Notes: generated by a model from the sequence alone, not told the origin. DNA of 64,000 nt from Candidatus Aminicenantes bacterium (GCA_963719985.1 CAVRDU010000001.1:32023-96022); one strand, 5' to 3'; positions 26,640 through 38,152 are shown, counted from the first letter of the stretch. Numbers and translations: made by a program.

Positions 26640-29370
26640 ATGAGCGAACGGCGACGGAAAGCTCTCGTAACGATCGCGCTCGCGGCCACGGCCGCGGCGG
26701 TCATGCTGACGCCCGCGGGGCGGGCGGCGGCGAGGGAGGGATCTGTGGGACAAGAGAGCAAGGGCGCTCCGGCCGTCGCGCCGGGCCGGCTCCACATCAT
26801 CTCCTCGAGCCACCAGGACATCGCCTGGATGGACTCGCCGGAGAAGTGCGTCGTCTTCCGCGACACGAACTGCATCACCCCGGCCTTGGCCATGATGGCC
26901 AGGGAACCCGCCTACTCCTTCACCATGGAGAACATGCTCAATCTCGCTGAATATCTCGAGCGCCATCCCGAGCGCGCCGGCGAGATCGGCCGCCTGACCC
27001 GGGAGGGCCGGATGGAGTGGGGAGCCACCTACAACCAACCCTACGAATCGCTCCTTTCGGGCGAGCAACTCGTCCGGCAGACGTATTTCGGGCGGCTGTG
27101 GCTGAAGAGGACCTTCCCCGGAGCCGACGCCACAGTCTACTTCAATCCGGACGTCCCCGGCCGGGCCGCCCAGATGCCCCAGATCCTGGCCAAAGCGGGC
27201 ATCCCCTACATGGTCATGAGCCGCTACCACGAAGGCTTCTACCGCTGGGCCAGTCCCGACGGCAGCTCCGTCCTGGCCTACTCGCCGGGCCACTACGGGA
27301 ACGCCTCGGCCTATCTCAACGCGCCCCCGGCCGAAGGGGCGAAGGCGATCGCGGACAAGGTCGCCAAGTGGAAGGGCTATTACGCCGGAAGGCGCCTGCC
27401 GTCCGAGTTCCCTTTGCTCAACTCCGTCGACTTCTCCCAGCCGACCGACTTCGGCCCGCTCATCCGCCATTGGAATGAAGCCGGGCGACCGCGGGCGCCG
27501 CGGGTCCGGTCATGGAGATATTCCACGGCCCGGAAGTTCTTCGAGGCGATCGACGTCAAGACCGCCAAGCTCGAGACCGTCAAGGGCGAGCGGCCGGGCC
27601 TGTGGCTCTACATCCACGGCCCGACCCACCACTGGGCCGTCACGGCGGGCCGCGAGGCCGCCAGGCTCCTGCCCGCGGCCGAGGCATTCAGCACGGTCCG
27701 GGCGCTTCTCGAAGGGAGCTTCGCGAGCTATCCGGCCGGGCGTTTGGCGGCCGCCTGGGAAGCGGCCATCTACCCCGACCACGGCTGGGGCGGCAAGGAA
27801 GGCCAGATCACCGACCGCCTTTTCCGCGAGAAGTACGAGTTCGCCCGGGACGAAGGCCGCGCCGTCCTGAACGACTCCTTGGCCGCGCTCGCGTCCCGGA
27901 TCGCGGTCGATCCCGCGAAAGGCGTCCCCATCGTCGTCTTCAATCCCCTGTCGTGGCCGCAGACCGGCCTCGTACGGGCGGTCGTCCCTTCGTGGGATCC
28001 CGCCTTTCACGTCCACGACGCGGAGGGACGGTCGGCGCGCAAGCAGGTCTCGACGCGGCAGCCGTCCGGCGCGTACCTCGACGTGAGCCAGGCCCGCTAT
28101 GTTCGACCCCGGACAGCCGTTCGAGTTCATCGCTACGGATGTCCCCGCCCTCGGCTACAAGGTCTATTATCTCCGCAAGGTCGAGCCTCCGACCGGGCCC
28201 GTGACCGGAGTTGTCACGGGCCCGCCCCTGAGGACGGTCGAGACCGATTTCTATCGCGTCACTCTCGCTCCCGGCGGCGTGGCCGGCCTCTACGACAAGG
28301 AGCTCGGCCGCGAGGTCCTCGACACGCGCAAGTTCCTCGGCTTCGAGGTCTTCACCATGCGCTCGGTCGGCAACGGCGCCGGCGAGTTCGGCCGGGTCCA
28401 GCAGCCGACCATGGAGGGCTTCGACAAGACGAGCCTCCACGGACCCGCCTGGCGTCTCCTGGCGGACGAATCTGGCTCGCTCAAGTACGTCTACGCCGTC
28501 GAACTGCCCTTCGCCGGGTGCACGGTCCGCCAGAAGCTCGTCGTGTATCGCTCCATCAAGCGGATCGACTGCGAGGTCTCCCTCCTCGGCTGGGACGGCG
28601 ACCCCTACCGGGAGTTCCGCCTGGCCGTCCCGGTCGCGGCCGAGAGAGGGCGGGTCGCCTACGAGATCCCCTTCGGCGTCCTCGAGGTCGGCTCGGGCGA
28701 GGCCCAGGGCACGGGCGGACCGGCCTACGGGAACCTCGTTTACGACGAAGAGATGAAGGACATCCGGCCGCGGGAGGTCCAGAACTTCCTCTACGCCGGC
28801 GACGACCGTTTCGGGCTGACCCTGACGACGAGCGTGGCCGTCAACGACTACGAGGACCCGACGGACGACCCCGTCGCCTACCCCGTCCTCCAGCCCATCC
28901 TCCTAGCTTCGCGGCGGAGTTGCCATGGGGAGGGCAACTGGTACCTGCAGGAAGGCGACCATCACTACCGATTCTCCGTGACCAGCCATGCTCCCGGCTG
29001 GAGAAACGGCTGGCGGGCCGGCGTCGCGCCGAACGAACCCCTGATCGCGATCGCCGCTCCAGAGACCGGGCCGAACGCCGACCTGCCGGAGTCGCGGAGC
29101 TTCCTTCCCTACTCCGCGCCGAACCTCGTTCTGTCGACGATGAAGAAAGCGGAGAGCGGCGACGCCGTCATCCTGCGCCTTTACGACATCGAAGGGAAGG
29201 ATTCGGGGGCCGCTCTCGAACCGTTCGTTCCGATGAGAACGGTCCTGCGGACGAATATCATCGAGGAAGAGGGGGCGACCCTCAAGCCCCTCAAAGGCCG
29301 CCTCGTCCTGCCCGTCAGCCATCACTCCGTCGAGACGGTCAAGCTCGTCCCGGACCGGGCCAAGCGCTAG
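26640..29370 (+). CDS. GH38-like alpha-mannosidase, exported; +1 frameshift near 28100
   Basis: SHQDIAW, EWGATYNQP, GEQLVRQTYFG, NPDVPG, DHGWGG; removing one T in tatgttcgac joins to DPGQPFEFIATDVPALGYK, VARYEIPFG-like and C-terminal LSTMKKAE...LRLY...VETVKL. Confidence 0.8.
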
Positions 29371-29403
29371 GCCCGACCGTCTCCCGGGCCCGCGGAGCGG
29401 CCG

Positions 29404-29679
29404 TCAGTCCTCGTAGACCCGGGTGAGCTCGAAGACGACGGGGTTGAAGGCGTCGGGACAGGCGTGCGTCAGCACGTCGGGGTTCGCGGCCCAGGGGAAC
29501 TCGGCGTTGAACATCATGGCGAAGGCCTTGGGCATCAGGCTGTACAGGGCGTGGATGCAGATCCGGCCTTCGACTCCGTGATCGGTGAACCGGACGACGT
29601 CACCGGCCTTGTGCTTCTGTTCGCATGTGCCTTCGACGCTGAGGACCTTGACCCTCACTTCCTTGACCTTCTTGGCCAT
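29404..29679 (-). CDS. TIGR04076-family small Cys protein; possible Tat-signal extension to ATG 29874
   Basis: VKVLSVEGTCEQKHKAGD, ICIHALYSLMP, CPDAFNPVVFEL; AAGGAG RBS before ATG 29679. Confidence 0.75.
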   Translation of the reverse strand: MAKKVKEVRVKVLSVEGTCEQKHKAGDVVRFTDHGVEGRICIHALYSLMPKAFAMMFNAEFPWAANPDVLTHACPDAFNPVVFELTRVYED

Positions 29680-29988
29680 GTTCGTCTCCTTCCTCGGATG
29701 TCCGCCTTCGGCCCCGCCGGGGCCGTGGTCGGGCGCTGGGGCGGTCCTTCCCCTCAGGAGCGCGGGTAGCCCGGCAAGGGCGACGCAGGACAGTCCCCGA
29801 CAGAAGGCCCTCCGGCCGCAGGTCGGCCGCCTCGTGATCTCCCTTGCCCTTCTCGCGCGGTCTACCCCAGCCATGACGGCATTATACGTCCAAACCGGGT
29901 CAGGCGAATAGGGACCTGGGCGGCTTCGTGAGAATCGGGCGGGCGCCCGGGCGTCATTGGGGGTGAATACGAAGAACGGGAGGTCCGA

Positions 29989-30276
29989 ATGAAGAACAAG
30001 CTCGGCCGGGAGGAATTCGTCAAGCTGGCCATCGCCAAGCTGCGCCTGGAGAACTACAAGGGCATCCACTCGATCTACAGCGGGTTCAACGAGGCCTTCA
30101 AGGCCTACTTCGACGGCGCGAACCCGATCGAGGCGACGGACGAGCTGGCCCGCCTGGGCAAGATCGTCATCAGGCCCGTCAAGGGCGGGGTGATGCTCTA
30201 CCTGCCCGGCGACGGCCCGGAGATGAACCGCTGCGACCTGGCCCTCAAGAAGATGGGGCTGATCGACAAGGCCTGA
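29989..30276 (+). CDS. Small basic hypothetical protein (95 aa)
   Basis: GGGAGG RBS; strong GC3 bias; YKGIHSIYSGFNEAF and IRPVKGGVMLYLP look like conserved blocks. Confidence 0.75.
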   Translation: MKNKLGREEFVKLAIAKLRLENYKGIHSIYSGFNEAFKAYFDGANPIEATDELARLGKIVIRPVKGGVMLYLPGDGPEMNRCDLALKKMGLIDKA

Positions 30277-30352
30277 TCCGCGGTCGATCCAGCCGGGCCG
30301 GTTGATTTTCAGCGGCCGTCATTCCATACTCTCCTTTAAAAGGAGAACTTCC

Positions 30353-32473
30353 ATGGAGCGATGGACGCGACGGAGCTTCATCAAGGGAACGGCCCAGGCG
30401 GCGGCGGGCGCGGCCGCGCTGGGCGCGTCGTGCGGGCCCGGCCTGACGACCCGCGACGGGGCTGGGGCCGGCGGCGAGACCGTCGTTCCCCTCGACGGGG
30501 CCTGGCTCTTCCGGACGGACCCGGACGACAAGGGCCTGGCCTCCTACTGGCACGGCCCGGGCGCGGCGCGGGACGGATGGGAGGAGACCGGCGTCCCGTC
30601 CACCTGGCAGGTCGCCGAGAAGACCACGAACTACCTGGGCCCGGCCTGGTACAGGCGCGAGTTCGACGCGCCGGAAAGCTGGAAAGGCCGGGTCGTCCTG
30701 GTCGAGTTCGAAGCCGTCTTCCACACGGCCGAGGTCTTCGTCAACGGCAGGAATGCCGGCAATCATATCGGCAAGGGCTATACGGCTTTCACGCTCGACA
30801 TCACGAGCCTTCTCGATTTCGGCGGGCGCAACACGATCGCTGTCCGGGCCGACAACTCCTTCTTCCCATCCATGTTGCCGAGGGGGAATTCCTACGATTG
30901 GACTCCCGACGGCGGCATCACCCGGCCGGTCCGGTTGATCGTCGCCCCTCCCGTCTATCTCGACAACGTCTGGATCGAAGCCGTGCCCGACCTCGCCGCG
31001 GGGACCGCCACGCTCGCCGTGACGGCCGTCGTCCGCAACGCCACGGACAGGCCGGCGAAGCTCGACCTCGCGTTCCGTGTCGTCGACGACGCCACTGGCC
31101 TGATCGTGCTGGACGCGCCCGAAAGCCCGGCGGAGGACGTTCCCGCGGGGACGACGCGGCAGGTCACCCTGCCCGGCGCCACCCTGAGCCGGCCGAAGCT
31201 GTGGCACTTCGACCATCCCCATCTCTACCGTCTCGAAACCCGGCTGGAGCAGAAAGGGCGCGCTGTCCACGGGCTCGCGACCGTCTTCGGCATCCGCAAG
31301 ATCGAGGTCCGGGGGACGGAGTTCCTGCTCAACGGCGAGCCTGTCCGCCTGGCCGGGGTCGAGCGCATGGCCGGGAGCCATCCGGACTTCGGCATGGCCG
31401 AGCCGCCCGCCTGGATCGACCACGACCACGACGACCTCAAGACGCTCAACTGCGTCTTCACCCGTGTCCACTGGCAGCAGGACCGGCGGGTCATGGACTA
31501 TTGCGACCGGAAAGGGATCCTCATCCAGGTCGAGGTGCCGACCTGGGGGCCCGCGACCTTCCGCGATCTCGACGCGGGCCGGTTCGAGGAGATCGCCGCG
31601 AACGGCCTCGAGCAGCTCCGCGAGATGATCGCCCGCGAGCGCAACCACCCCGCGGTCTTCTCCTGGGGCCTCTGCAACGAGGTCGACGGCCAGAACCCCG
31701 CCGCCCAGGAGTTCGTCCGAAGGATGCTCCGCGAGGCCAAGCGCCTCGACCCAGGACGGCTCTGCTCCTACGCCTCCAACTCCCTGCAGCGGACGCCGGA
31801 GCGTGACGTCGCCGGCGAGATGGACTTCATCGAGTGGAACGAATACTACGAGTCCTGGTTCGGCGGGGATCTCGGCACGCTGAGACGCAACCTGGAGGCC
31901 ATCCACGCGGCCTTTCCGGGGAAGCCGGTCGTCGTCTCGGAATACGGCTACTGCGCCTGCACCGCCGACCGGCCCGAGAACGACCCGCGGCGGATCGAGA
32001 TCCTCAGGACCCACAACGCGGTCTTCCGCGACTTCCCCTGGGTCGCCGGGCTCATCTTCTTCGACTACAACGACTACCGGACGCACCTCGGCGACAAGGG
32101 CCTGGGCGTTCTGAAGCAGCGGGTCCACGGCGTCGTCGACGCCTACGGCGCCCGCAAACCGTCCTTCGAGGCCCTGAGAGAGGAGTCGAGTCCGGTGGCG
32201 TCGCTCGAGATCAAGGGGGAAGGCCGGATGAAGGTCGTCGTCGTCCGGACCCGGGGGGACCTCCCGGCCTACACGCTCAGAGGCTACAGACTCCGCTGGA
32301 TCGTCTTCGGCAACGGAGGCATCCCCCTCGAGCGGCGCGAGGCTCCCCTGCCGGACCTCGGGCCCGGCCGTCAGGTCGAGGTCCCGCTGGAGATCGGGGA
32401 GAACAACGTCCGGCGCCTTCGCGTCGACGTCGTCCGGCCGACGGGCTTCCCGGCGGCGACCGCTTTCGCTTAG
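30353..32473 (+). CDS. GH2 beta-galactosidase/beta-glucuronidase-like glycosidase, Tat-exported (possible lipoprotein)
   Basis: TRRSFIKG Tat motif and LGASC; GPAWYRREF, FGIRKIE, FLLNGEPV, WGLCNE acid/base, VVSEYG nucleophile. Confidence 0.9.
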   Translation: MERWTRRSFIKGTAQAAAGAAALGASCGPGLTTRDGAGAGGETVVPLDGAWLFRTDPDDKGLASYWHGPGAARDGWEETGVPSTWQVAEKTTNYLGPAWYRREFDAPESWKGRVVLVEFEAVFHTAEVFVNGRNAGNHIGKGYTAFTLDITSLLDFGGRNTIAVRADNSFFPSMLPRGNSYDWTPDGGITRPVRLIVAPPVYLDNVWIEAVPDLAAGTATLAVTAVVRNATDRPAKLDLAFRVVDDATGLIVLDAPESPAEDVPAGTTRQVTLPGATLSRPKLWHFDHPHLYRLETRLEQKGRAVHGLATVFGIRKIEVRGTEFLLNGEPVRLAGVERMAGSHPDFGMAEPPAWIDHDHDDLKTLNCVFTRVHWQQDRRVMDYCDRKGILIQVEVPTWGPATFRDLDAGRFEEIAANGLEQLREMIARERNHPAVFSWGLCNEVDGQNPAAQEFVRRMLREAKRLDPGRLCSYASNSLQRTPERDVAGEMDFIEWNEYYESWFGGDLGTLRRNLEAIHAAFPGKPVVVSEYGYCACTADRPENDPRRIEILRTHNAVFRDFPWVAGLIFFDYNDYRTHLGDKGLGVLKQRVHGVVDAYGARKPSFEALREESSPVASLEIKGEGRMKVVVVRTRGDLPAYTLRGYRLRWIVFGNGGIPLERREAPLPDLGPGRQVEVPLEIGENNVRRLRVDVVRPTGFPAATAFA

Positions 32474-32480
32474 CGCCGGC

Positions 32481-33218
32481 TCAGGCGGCCGGGGCGGCGG
32501 CCTGTCCGGGCTGTTGCTCCATGTACTGGATGTAGAGGTCGGTCAGGTCCTCGTGGGCCAGCTCGGCGGCCGTCTTGAGCATGACCAGCTGGCCCCTGCG
32601 CATGAAGCCGATCCGGTCGGCCATGAGCTTGGCCCGGAAGATGTCGTGCGTCGACATGAACACGGACTTGCCCTTGTCCCGCATCTGGACGAGGATCTCG
32701 AGGAACTCCCGTCCCGACTGGGGGTCGAGGCCCGAGGTCGGCTCGTCGAGCAGGACGTTCGGCGCGTCCTTGACCAGGGCGATGGCGATGCCGAGCTTCT
32801 GGCGCATGCCCTTGGAGAAGTTCTTGATCCGCCGGTCGAAGGCCTCCTTCTGGAGGCCGACCCGCTCCAGGACCTCGGCGTAGTCCTTCTTGGCGAGCGT
32901 CCGTTTGCCGGCCAGCTTGCTGAAGTAGTCGAGGTTCTGGATGGCCGTGAAGTTGCCGTAGAGCATGACGTTCTCGGAGACGAACGAGACGTGGCGCTTG
33001 GCCCGGAGCGGGTCCTTGGCCACGTCGATCCCTTCGACGAGGGCCGTCCCCGACGTCGCCGGGATGAAGTTCAAGAACAGGTTGATGGTCGTCGTCTTGC
33101 CGGCGCCGTTGGCGCCGAACATGCAGAAGATCTCGCCCGGCTCGACCTTCAAGGTCAGGCCGTCGAGGGCCAGTTCGCCGTCCTCGTATCGCTTGGTCAG
33201 TCCGATGGCTTCGATCAT
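32481..33218 (-). CDS. ABC transporter ATP-binding protein (ABC-2 exporter)
   Basis: GANGAGKTT, FSKGMRQK, LDEPTSGLDP, STH. Confidence 0.93.
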   Translation of the reverse strand: MIEAIGLTKRYEDGELALDGLTLKVEPGEIFCMFGANGAGKTTTINLFLNFIPATSGTALVEGIDVAKDPLRAKRHVSFVSENVMLYGNFTAIQNLDYFSKLAGKRTLAKKDYAEVLERVGLQKEAFDRRIKNFSKGMRQKLGIAIALVKDAPNVLLDEPTSGLDPQSGREFLEILVQMRDKGKSVFMSTHDIFRAKLMADRIGFMRRGQLVMLKTAAELAHEDLTDLYIQYMEQQPGQAAAPAA

Positions 33219-33229
33219 GGCGTTCCTCC

Positions 33230-34636
33230 TTAGCGGACGTCGTAGCGCAGGAACGAGACGTATGCGCCGACGAAAAAGACGATGATCATGACCAGGAGCA
33301 GGGCGAAGTCGGGAACGGTCCGGACGAACGACCGGCTCAGCCACTGCGGCTCGTAGATGTGCTGGGGCATGTCCTCGATGTTGATCTTGGACTGCTCGCC
33401 CGTCTGGAAATTGATGCTCTCGCCGAGCTTCGAGTTGAGCCACTTCGTGTAGATGGGCTTGTAGGCCCGGACCGAGGCCAGGAAGCGGTCGAAGTCATCG
33501 ACGCCCGTCCGGGCCAGGGTCATCGTGCCGAAGGTCAGCGCCGAGGCCGGAGAGACGCGGGAGAGGTTGATGGCCAGGCCCTGCTGGGCCCGTTTCTTCT
33601 GCTGGTAATCGCGCTCGAGGGCGGCGTTGTTCTCGTCGATCTTCGTGGTCAGGTTCTGCTGGAGGTCCGTGATGTATTTCTGGAACTTGTCCTGGAAGCC
33701 CTTGGGGTCTTTGGCCGCGTCGGCCTGGTTCTTTTGGACCCATTCCCGGGCCTCCTTCTGCCCCTCGACCTGGATCTGTTGGAGATACGCGTCCTTCTTG
33801 GCCGTGATCTCGTGGACCGAAGGGATGGGCCGGACCTGCCCGGCCGTGATGACCGCCGCCTTGGGGATGACCATGACGAAGACCACCCAGATGAAGAGCA
33901 GGACGAGGAACGACGTCGACGAGCGCGTCGTCCGGGCCGAGACGAACAGGCCCAGGCTGAAAAACACGGACAGGTAGAGGAAGAACATGAGGAAGATGAG
34001 GAGCAGGCGGGCCCAGTCCTGCCCGCCGAGCGAGATGTCGGGCGTGATGAGCAGGATGAGGAGGCTCAGGACGAGCGGGACGAGCAGGGGCAGGAGGAGG
34101 CTGATGTAGCCGCCGATGGCCTTGCCCAGGATGAGCCGGTCGCGCGGCACGTCGTTGGACAGGGCCAGTTTCAGCGTCCCCTTCTCCTTCTCGCCGACGA
34201 TGGCGTCGTAGGTGAAGAGGATGGCGAAGAGGCTGAGGACGATCTTGACGATGAACATGAGGTCGAGGGCGCCGAAAACGGCGAAGACGGGGTTGCTGCT
34301 GTACTTGGAGTCGACGAGGTTGGGGTCATAGGCGATGTTGACCGGGGCGACCCGGCCGACGGCGTCCTCGATGCCCGTGACGACGGTGCTCAGGACCTGC
34401 GGCGGCTTGCTGATCTTGACCCCGATCCCGGCCATGGAGCTGTAGTTCGGCTGGCTCTCCAGGTTCTTCTTGTTGAGAGCCAGCGAGGCCGTGTACTCCT
34501 TCTTCTCGGCCCGGTAGTTGGCCACCCCGGTGTAGACCGAGAGCAGGATCAGGACTGTGCAGAGCAGGAAGGTGAAGACGAACTTCGGGCTGGTGATGTT
34601 GTCCAGGATCTCTTTTTTGATGATGTCTCGGAGCAT
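33230..34636 (-). CDS. ABC-2 type permease with large extracytoplasmic loops
   Basis: IIKKEILDN, LFAILFTYDAIVGEKEKGTLKLALSN, LGKAIGG, C-terminal FLRYDVR. Confidence 0.85.
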   Translation of the reverse strand: MLRDIIKKEILDNITSPKFVFTFLLCTVLILLSVYTGVANYRAEKKEYTASLALNKKNLESQPNYSSMAGIGVKISKPPQVLSTVVTGIEDAVGRVAPVNIAYDPNLVDSKYSSNPVFAVFGALDLMFIVKIVLSLFAILFTYDAIVGEKEKGTLKLALSNDVPRDRLILGKAIGGYISLLLPLLVPLVLSLLILLITPDISLGGQDWARLLLIFLMFFLYLSVFFSLGLFVSARTTRSSTSFLVLLFIWVVFVMVIPKAAVITAGQVRPIPSVHEITAKKDAYLQQIQVEGQKEAREWVQKNQADAAKDPKGFQDKFQKYITDLQQNLTTKIDENNAALERDYQQKKRAQQGLAINLSRVSPASALTFGTMTLARTGVDDFDRFLASVRAYKPIYTKWLNSKLGESINFQTGEQSKINIEDMPQHIYEPQWLSRSFVRTVPDFALLLVMIIVFFVGAYVSFLRYDVR

Positions 34637-34721
34637 GGCGGCCTCCCTCGGGAGAAACTCGGATCGTGGCGCGCCCCGCGTGCGGGCGCCCCTTGATTAT
34701 ACGCCAAAAGGGACCCGCGGT

Positions 34722-36296
34722 TCACGGATATCTCAGGGACCCCCCCGGATCGAAGTAGAGCCCGAACCGGTCGCGCGCCCACCGGGAGTCCCGGCCCCGC
34801 GTTCTCAGGATGCGCACCCGAACCTTGGCCGTCTCGACGGCCGGGAAACGCAGGAGCTTTTTCCAGCCCACCGTCGTCCCCTTGGCCGCTTCTCTCCACG
34901 CCGCTCCGTCCCAAACGTCAACGGCAAAGGCTTCGATCTTCTGCCCCTCGCGGAGGTCCTCCCGGAGCATGGCGACATTGAAGGTCTTCGCACCCATGAG
35001 GTCGAGTTCCACGGTATCGACGCCATCCACCGGGCGCCCCGTGGCATCGACGGGCTCGCCGACTCCGTCAGCGAGGGTGTTTTCGAAGACCATCGTCGTC
35101 TTGGCGGAAGCCGCCAGATTCTCGGTGAAAGTCGCCCGGAGGCGGTCTCCGAGCTCTTTGAGCCGCCGGACGTCGTTCTCGTGGACGCGGCCGCGCTTGT
35201 CGGGCGGGATATTGAGGAGGAGCTGGGCGTTGCCGCCGACCGAGGTGTAGTAGATGTCGAGAAGGCGCTCGAGCGACTTGACCGCGCCGTCCTCGGCCGC
35301 GTGGTAGAACCAGCCCGGACGGATGGAGACGTCGACCTGGCCCGGATACCAGAGGAGCCGGCCGCCCCGGCGCGCGACCTCGGCGATCCTTCCGAACGAG
35401 CCGAGGTCCTCGGCCTGGGCGTCGAGATGGGCGATGCCTCCCGGGTTCTTTTCGTCGGGCAGGTCGTCATCTCCGGCGACGGGGATGACGCTCCACTCGC
35501 TCTCGCGGGCGACGCCGGCCTCGTTGCCGATCCAGCGGGCATCGGGGCCCATGATGGAGATGACGGCCCCGGGCTGGAGCTCGCGGATGAGGGCGAAGTA
35601 GCCGGCCCAGTCGTAGACCTGGCGCTTGCCGTTCGGGCCCTCGCCGCAGGCCCCGTCGAACCAGACCTCGGAGACCTCGCCGTACTGCGTCAGGAGCTCC
35701 CGGAGCTGATTCTTGAAGTGCGCGTTGTAGCGGGACGAGTCGCCGTAGGACGGCTCGTGCCGGTCCCAGGGCGAAAGATAGACGCCGAAGGCGAGCCCAC
35801 CCTTGCGGCAGGCCTCGGCCACCTCCCCTACGACGTCGCCCTTCCCGTCCTTCCAGGGCGAGGCCTTGACCGAATGCTCCGTGAACACGCTGGGCCACAG
35901 ACAGAAGCCGTCATGGTGCTTGGCCGTGACGATGAGCCCCCGGATGCCCGCCGCCTTGACCGCTTCGACCCACAGGTCGGCGCTGAGATCGGTCGGGTCG
36001 AAGAGCTTCGGGTCTTCCGTCCCCTCGCCCCACTCCCGGTCGGTGAAGGTGTTCATGCCGAAGTGGACGAAGGCCTGGAACTCGAGCGCCTGCCAGCGGA
36101 GCTGTCGTTCGGACGGGACGATCCCCGCAGCCTTCGCTTCGAGCCCGGCGATCGAGTCCGCCGGCCCGATCTCCCCGGCGCCCGATACGGACCTTGTTCC
36201 CTCCACGTCGGCCGGCTTCGAACAGCCGAACCAGGCCGCGGCGACGACGGCGGCGGCCACGAACACCCTTCGCTTCGATCGGATCCGGGTCCCCAT
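34722..36296 (-). CDS. GH29 alpha-L-fucosidase, lipoprotein
   Basis: AAWFGC lipobox; FVHFGMNTF, TAKHHDGFCLW, YLSPWDRH, VWFDGA, DVSIRPGWFYH; C-terminal F5/8-like module. Confidence 0.92.
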   Translation of the reverse strand: MGTRIRSKRRVFVAAAVVAAAWFGCSKPADVEGTRSVSGAGEIGPADSIAGLEAKAAGIVPSERQLRWQALEFQAFVHFGMNTFTDREWGEGTEDPKLFDPTDLSADLWVEAVKAAGIRGLIVTAKHHDGFCLWPSVFTEHSVKASPWKDGKGDVVGEVAEACRKGGLAFGVYLSPWDRHEPSYGDSSRYNAHFKNQLRELLTQYGEVSEVWFDGACGEGPNGKRQVYDWAGYFALIRELQPGAVISIMGPDARWIGNEAGVARESEWSVIPVAGDDDLPDEKNPGGIAHLDAQAEDLGSFGRIAEVARRGGRLLWYPGQVDVSIRPGWFYHAAEDGAVKSLERLLDIYYTSVGGNAQLLLNIPPDKRGRVHENDVRRLKELGDRLRATFTENLAASAKTTMVFENTLADGVGEPVDATGRPVDGVDTVELDLMGAKTFNVAMLREDLREGQKIEAFAVDVWDGAAWREAAKGTTVGWKKLLRFPAVETAKVRVRILRTRGRDSRWARDRFGLYFDPGGSLRYP

Positions 36297-36429
36297 GCTC
36301 TCTCTCCTCCTCGCGTTCCTCGGCGACTTGGCGAACACACTATAACAAGAACGGGGACACCTACCAAGGGCGCATGTCCCTGCCAGAAGGGCGCTCCCCT
36401 GTCAGCGCAGGGACGGCCCCCTCCCGGCG

Positions 36430-36458
36430 TTGACATCTCCGGGGGCGTGCATTATGCT
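36430..36458 (+). promoter_or_regulatory. Sigma70 promoter for SSS transporter operon
   Basis: TTGACA-N17-TATGCT. Confidence 0.65.
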
Positions 36459-36505
36459 CACCCGCGAAACGGGACGCCCGCCGTCCCGGACGAAAGGAGC
36501 GCGCG

Positions 36506-38123
36506 ATGGCCCCGGTCATCACCCTGAACCTGGTCGACTACGCCATCATCGGCGGCTACATCCTGGTCATGATCCTCGTCGGCTATTCGCTCAAGAAATA
36601 CATGAAGACGGGCGAGGATTTCTTCCTCTCGGGCCGCTCCCTGCCCGGCTGGATCACGGGCCTGGCCTTCCTCTCGGCCAACCTGGGGGCCCTCGAGGTC
36701 ATCGGCATGGTCGCCAACTCGGCCAAGTACGGCATCGCCACCGTCCACTTCTACTGGGTCGGGGCCATCCCGGCCATGGTCTTCCTGGGCATCTTCATGA
36801 TGCCGTTCTACTACGGCAGCCGCGTCCGGACCGTGCCCGAGTACCTCAAGCTCCGCTACAACGAGGCGACGCGGGGCCTCAACGCCATCTCGTTCGCCGT
36901 CATGACCGTCCTCATGAGCGGCATCAGTCTCTACGCCATGGCCCTGCTCTTCAAGATCATGCTCGGCTGGTCCCTCACCGGGAGCATCCTCTTCGCCGCC
37001 GTCGTCGTCCTCCTCTACGTCTTCTGGGGCGGCCTGTCCTCCTCGATCTACAACGAGGTCATCCAGTTCTTCCTCATCTGGCTCGGCCTCATGCCCGTCG
37101 TCTTCCTCGGACTCAAGCAGGTCGGCGGCTTCGCCGGCTTCACGGCCAAGCTCCAGGAGACCCTCCTCCACTCGGTCAAGTACCTCGGCACGAGCAACAA
37201 TCCCCTGGGCGTCGACTGGTTCGGGGTCGTCATGGGCCTCGGCTTCGTCCTGTCGTTCGGCTACTGGACGACCGACTTCCTCGTCGTCCAGCGGGCCCTG
37301 GCCTCGAAGAACCTCGACGCCGCCCGGATGACCCCGATCATCGCCGCGTTCCCGAAGATGCTCGTCCCCATCTCGTCGTCATCCCCGGCCTCGTCGCCCT
37401 GCTCGTCCTGCCCGAGTTCGGCCAGGCGGCCCTGCCGACGGCCGACTACAACTCGGCCCTCATCCTGCTCTGAAGCACTATCTGCCGAACGGCGTCCTCG
37501 GACTGGCCGTCACGGCCCTGCTGGCGAGCTTCATGTCGGGCATGGCCGGCAACGTCACCGCCTTCAACACCATCTGGACCTACGACATCTACGGGACCTA
37601 CATCCGCAAGGGCCGGTCCGACTCCCATTACCTGAAAGTCGGAAAATACACGACCGTCTTCGGCATCGCCGCGAGCGTTGGCACGGCCTACATCGTCCAG
37701 TCCTTCCCGAACCTCATGGACTACATGCAGCTCATCTTCTCCTTCTTCAACGCCCCGCTCTTCGCCACTTTCCTCCTGGGCATGTTCTGGAAGGGGGCGA
37801 CGCCCTGGGGCGGTTTCTGGGGACTGCTCGTCGGCATCCTGACGGCGGCCGGCCACTACATCCTCTACCGGGCCGGCGTCCTCAGCTACCACAGCGACAT
37901 GGCCGCCAACTTCTACCAGGCCTGGTGGGCCTGGCTGGCCGACTTCGCCGTCACGATCGGCGTCAGCCTCTTTACGGCCAAGCGCGATCCCAAGGAGCTC
38001 GCCGGGCTCGTGTTCGGCCTGACGCCGAAGCCAAAGGCCGAGGCCCGCTGGTACGCCCGGCCCGCCGTCTGGGGAACGCTGGCCATCGTCCTGGCCGTCC
38101 TCCTCAACGTCCTCTTCTGGTGA
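36506..38123 (+). CDS. Sodium:solute symporter (SSS); two apparent single-C deletions near 37372 and 37470
   Basis: EDFFLSGRSLPGWITGLAFLSANLGALE, TVPEYLKLRY, YWTTDFLVVQRAL; frames rejoin as (L)VVIPG..., (L)KHYLPNGVLG..., MSGMAGNVTAFNTIWT. Confidence 0.85.
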
Positions 38124-38152
38124 TCGGGACCGCGACCCGCTAGGAGCGAACC

